Shown here: in pieces, positions 60,924 to 64,000 of the stretch
Position numbering within the stretch: position 1 is the first letter of the stretch
Layout: every line of letters starts with the position of its first letter
Assembly: GCA_965153285.1 (NCBI GenBank)
Contig: OZ229113.1
DNA: 64,000 nucleotides
Reading direction: 5' to 3' (one strand)
Source: Podarcis tiliguerta
Lineage: Eukaryota
Notes under the pieces: generated by a model
What the model saw: only the letters and a program-made list of their open reading frames with translations
What the model was told of the DNA's origin: nothing
The model's database searches: none
Translations under genes and position numbers: made by a program

Positions 60924-63084
60924 TGCATGAAACCTCTTTGTCTTCAACGTGTCACAGGGTTGTTGTTTTGGAGTCAGGGAGTATTTTGAAAGTACCGATA
61001 TTGAATTTATATAGGCAAAGTTAAATTTTGCAATGTAAATCCCACACCTCTGAAGCTCGCTGAAAAATAAGAAAGATCTATGAGTCTGTCACACATTTTC
61101 TTCATCAAATCTCTTGGAGAAATGTTCTTTTCTTTTTTTAAAAAAAGATACTTTGTCTTTGCAGTACCTTCCCATCTCTGGATGCCTGTCTCATTTAATG
61201 ACATAAGAATCTATATTGCACTTTAAATGAGAAACACAATTTTAGAAGTGCTGTATTGTGGAATTCATCTGACAGAAGAGCGTTTGATAAAGTAGGCAGG
61301 ATAAGGCATGCAATCTCTTCTCAATATACTGCTACACTCTAAAACAACATTTGATTCCTTTGGATGCAGTGATATCTGTTGGACTTGGTTGAAATTCATG
61401 TTCAGTTAAGAAGTGTTTAGGGTGGCTTTGAGTAAATTAGTTTCAGACTAGCCTGATTCTTGTTGAACTTCTGGTACTACTAAAGACTTTTATTCCAGCT
61501 GACATTTTAATGAAAGCTTGATTTTATAGTTATAACTGTTTTTTATGTTTTGTTACTTTTCACCACTTAAAGGCAATTGTAGTTTAAGTGGCATATAAAT
61601 TGTTTAAATAAACAAGATAGTGAAGTGTAGAGTCCTGGTAAGACTTGGTCTACTTGAATCTCTTGGAATTCATCACAACCTGCTGCCTAAAAAGGCATAA
61701 CATGATGCGTGTACAAGGATATAAAAAATATAAAAAATATAAAAAGAAAGCAAACATTTAATTTTTTTGCAATGTATTTGCTTCACGGTTGTTGCAGTTG
61801 TCTTGTGTCAAATGCTGTTTTGAAACTGGCACTATCCCTGTGCCTGCTTGCTTGCAACTTTCTCAGTCTGTATATCTACATGTAAGAAAACATTACATAT
61901 AGAACCTTGCAGTGTTCTCACACCAACATCTATAGGAAAATGACCCTATATTGTAAATCTATTCTTTAATCAATATGTTCCCTTGGGTTTATTAGTTTCA
62001 CCTATGTTTCTTACTCTTTCAAATATTAGTAGCTTATTATCCTTAAGTATTATTCTTTACTTCTCATGTAGCACGCTTCTGACTGACAACTAATTTCAGC
62101 TGAGTTGAAACACTATTGTTGTTTGTTTTGACTTTCCTTTTTTTAGAAAAGCACCTTGTGTTTCAATGTACTTTAGACTCTCACACAAGCCTTTGGATTT
62201 TATCTGTTGTTTTGTTCAAGTTCTGGACACCTATAAGTATGCAAAAGCTTCCAAGCGCTCTGCCCCACCTTGCCCAACACCATATCACCTTATAGCCATC
62301 CCATGGGACACAGCTCAGGAGGCCTTCTGGAGTTGGTATCAAAACAGTTTTGCCTTTGTCTAATTCACCTCTGGGAAGCTCCCAGATCCAATTAAATTAC
62401 AGCTTCGTCAGAATCCCTCTCTGTACTCTCTGTAAGCCCTTGCCTTCACTGCTAGTCACTATATTCATGTTGCTTGGCCTTAAAAGTGAATATATAAAGA
62501 TGCTCTGACTAAGATGGGAAAGCCAACTTCTCCCAACATCTGCACACTACTATGCTTCCCCAGTCACTCATTATGTTTTAAGTATTGTGCATATTGTAAA
62601 AGAAAGCACTGAATAAGCTATAGGAATCTAGGAAAGCTGATTTGGCTATTGAAAACAAAACAAAAGCAGAATAACCCTCTAGCATGTAAGTAATGATCAT
62701 GTCAATGTGGCAGCTCCCTTTGTTCCTGTTTGGGAATAGGTGTACTGTTGAAAATACTTCCTCTGGTAGAAAGCAATGCCACCAGGGGCTTGTTTACTCT
62801 AATGAGCTTTGACCATGGCTTCTTATAATTTGATGACAGCCTGCTAACATAAGAAATGATTGTTTAAAGCTATATGGAATATTTAGCTAAACATTATCAA
62901 CCTTCTCTTAGAAGAGCATTTCTAAGAGTAAGAATAGCTGAACAGTGGCTCAGTAGCCCACCCCCCTTTCTTCTGAGGCTTTTATATGAACATTTGATAG
63001 GCATCTGGGAGATACACGCCTTAGCTGGGGGTGTACGTATAACAACAGTTGAATTGTACCTCAAAGGGCATCTTGTCCATTTCC

Positions 63085-63387
63085 TTTACCAGTGCAGGAA
63101 ATCTACTGTTACAGCACCCATTCTAGGTAGCCATCCAGTCTCTGCTTAAAAACCTATGCCAAGGGAGAGTTCACCACCTTCTGAGGGAGTCTGTTTTGTG
63201 GCCAGACACTTCACACCACCATGAAATTCTATACGATATACGATATCTTTATTGTCATTGTCCCATGCAGAACAATGAAATTGAAATTCTTTGTAATGTT
63301 GGGTCAAAATTCCCTTTCTTGTACTTTGAACCTGTTGGTTTGAGTCATAGCTTCTGGAGTGACAGAAAATAAATGTGTTCTATCTTT
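63085..63387 (-). mobile_element. CR1 LINE 3' region, interrupted at 63231-63281
   Basis: GCCATCCAGTCTCTGCTTAAAAACC...GGAGAGTTCACCACCTTCTGAGG...GAAATTCT...TTTGAACCTGTTGGTT is the typical reverse complement of a CR1 3' end. Confidence 0.7.
63231..63281 (-). mobile_element. 51-bp 3' tip of a Rex1/Babar-like LINE with 9-bp TSD
   Basis: TSD TGAAATTCT at 63222-63230 and 63282-63290; minus strand ATTTCATTGTTCTGCATGGGACAATGACAATAAAGATATCGTATATCGTAT. Confidence 0.65.
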
Positions 63388-64000
63388 AAATGTTAAAATA
63401 TCCTATTTTCTTCAGGCTACACATAACTCCTGTCACCCTGTGTGGCATCGTGAACTAAATGAACCACTGAGCCATTTAGCATTTTCCACACTCCCATTTA
63501 CTCAGAGTGCCCCCACTGCTGATTTTGGGAGCAGTGTACACAGGACATTATCCATAACGCATACCTCTCTTGTGTCTATCCTATATCTAGCTACCCATTG
63601 TTCCTTGTGAAATGCTGCATTTTAATGTGTTTTCCCTAAAACCAGATTCCATCCAAATTGACAAAAAAAAGGAATGGCCTAGCTGCATTTTAAGCCAGTA
63701 ATGTGTACATAGCCTTTTGGTCCTAAAATCTCACACTTCTTCATACCAAATCTGCATCCTTTTCATTCTTCACTTTTAAGAGAATAGAAACTACTTGGAA
63801 GTCAGCCAAATCCTAAGAAAGACATATCCCCCTGTCTGTTCTTAATGGGACATAGACATAACTTTTCTTCCAACTCATTACAAGAAAGAGACAAGCTAGA
63901 TATATGATCAGAACGGATGCCAACAGCACTTTAAGGTTTCATTATCCCTAATTGTGTTTAAACCTAGATATCTGCAGCCAAAGTTAGTTAGCTAAAGTTG

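Larger units (their letters stand above)
9222..64000 (+). other. NCAM2: NCAM2 intron 1 (partial; exon 2 not seen in window)
   Basis: GT donor at 9222; no sequence encoding the expected [23 protein letters not shown]-like exon 2 was found by eye. Confidence 0.75.

Noticed and set aside
1-64000. CRISPR arrays, operons or prokaryotic/viral systems
   Set aside because: No regularly spaced repeats and no long gene-like ORFs; the window is vertebrate non-coding DNA throughout

Overview
Vertebrate genomic DNA from a squamate, most likely a lacertid lizard, judged from Sauria SINEs, Squam3-like SINEs, a Bov-B LINE and lizard-type L2/CR1/RTE remnants. The only host protein-coding sequence I can support is the first coding exon of NCAM2 (+ strand, ATG 9170, donor GT at 9222). 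It encodes the signal peptide MNRLTLYLLGLFLSSGQ(x) and sits in a CpG-island promoter (~8200-9370) with TATA-like and Inr motifs. Bases 1-8200 are upstream intergenic DNA. Bases 9222-64000 are the start of a very long first intron, and I did not find exon 2. The rest is AT-rich non-coding DNA with many transposon fossils (SINEs, L2, CR1, RTE, Bov-B, hAT MITEs, a probable solo LTR) and microsatellites. Apart from TE fragments and the ORF overlapping exon 1, the ORF-track entries look spurious. The most interesting leads are candidate recursive-splice (AG|GTAAG) sites in the giant intron, an in-frame uORF in the 5' UTR, a tailless Sauria SINE with a perfect 12-bp TSD, and several candidate neural cis-regulatory motifs. 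I see no clear evidence of a wholly new biological system. All family assignments are from memory of consensus sequences, not database searches.
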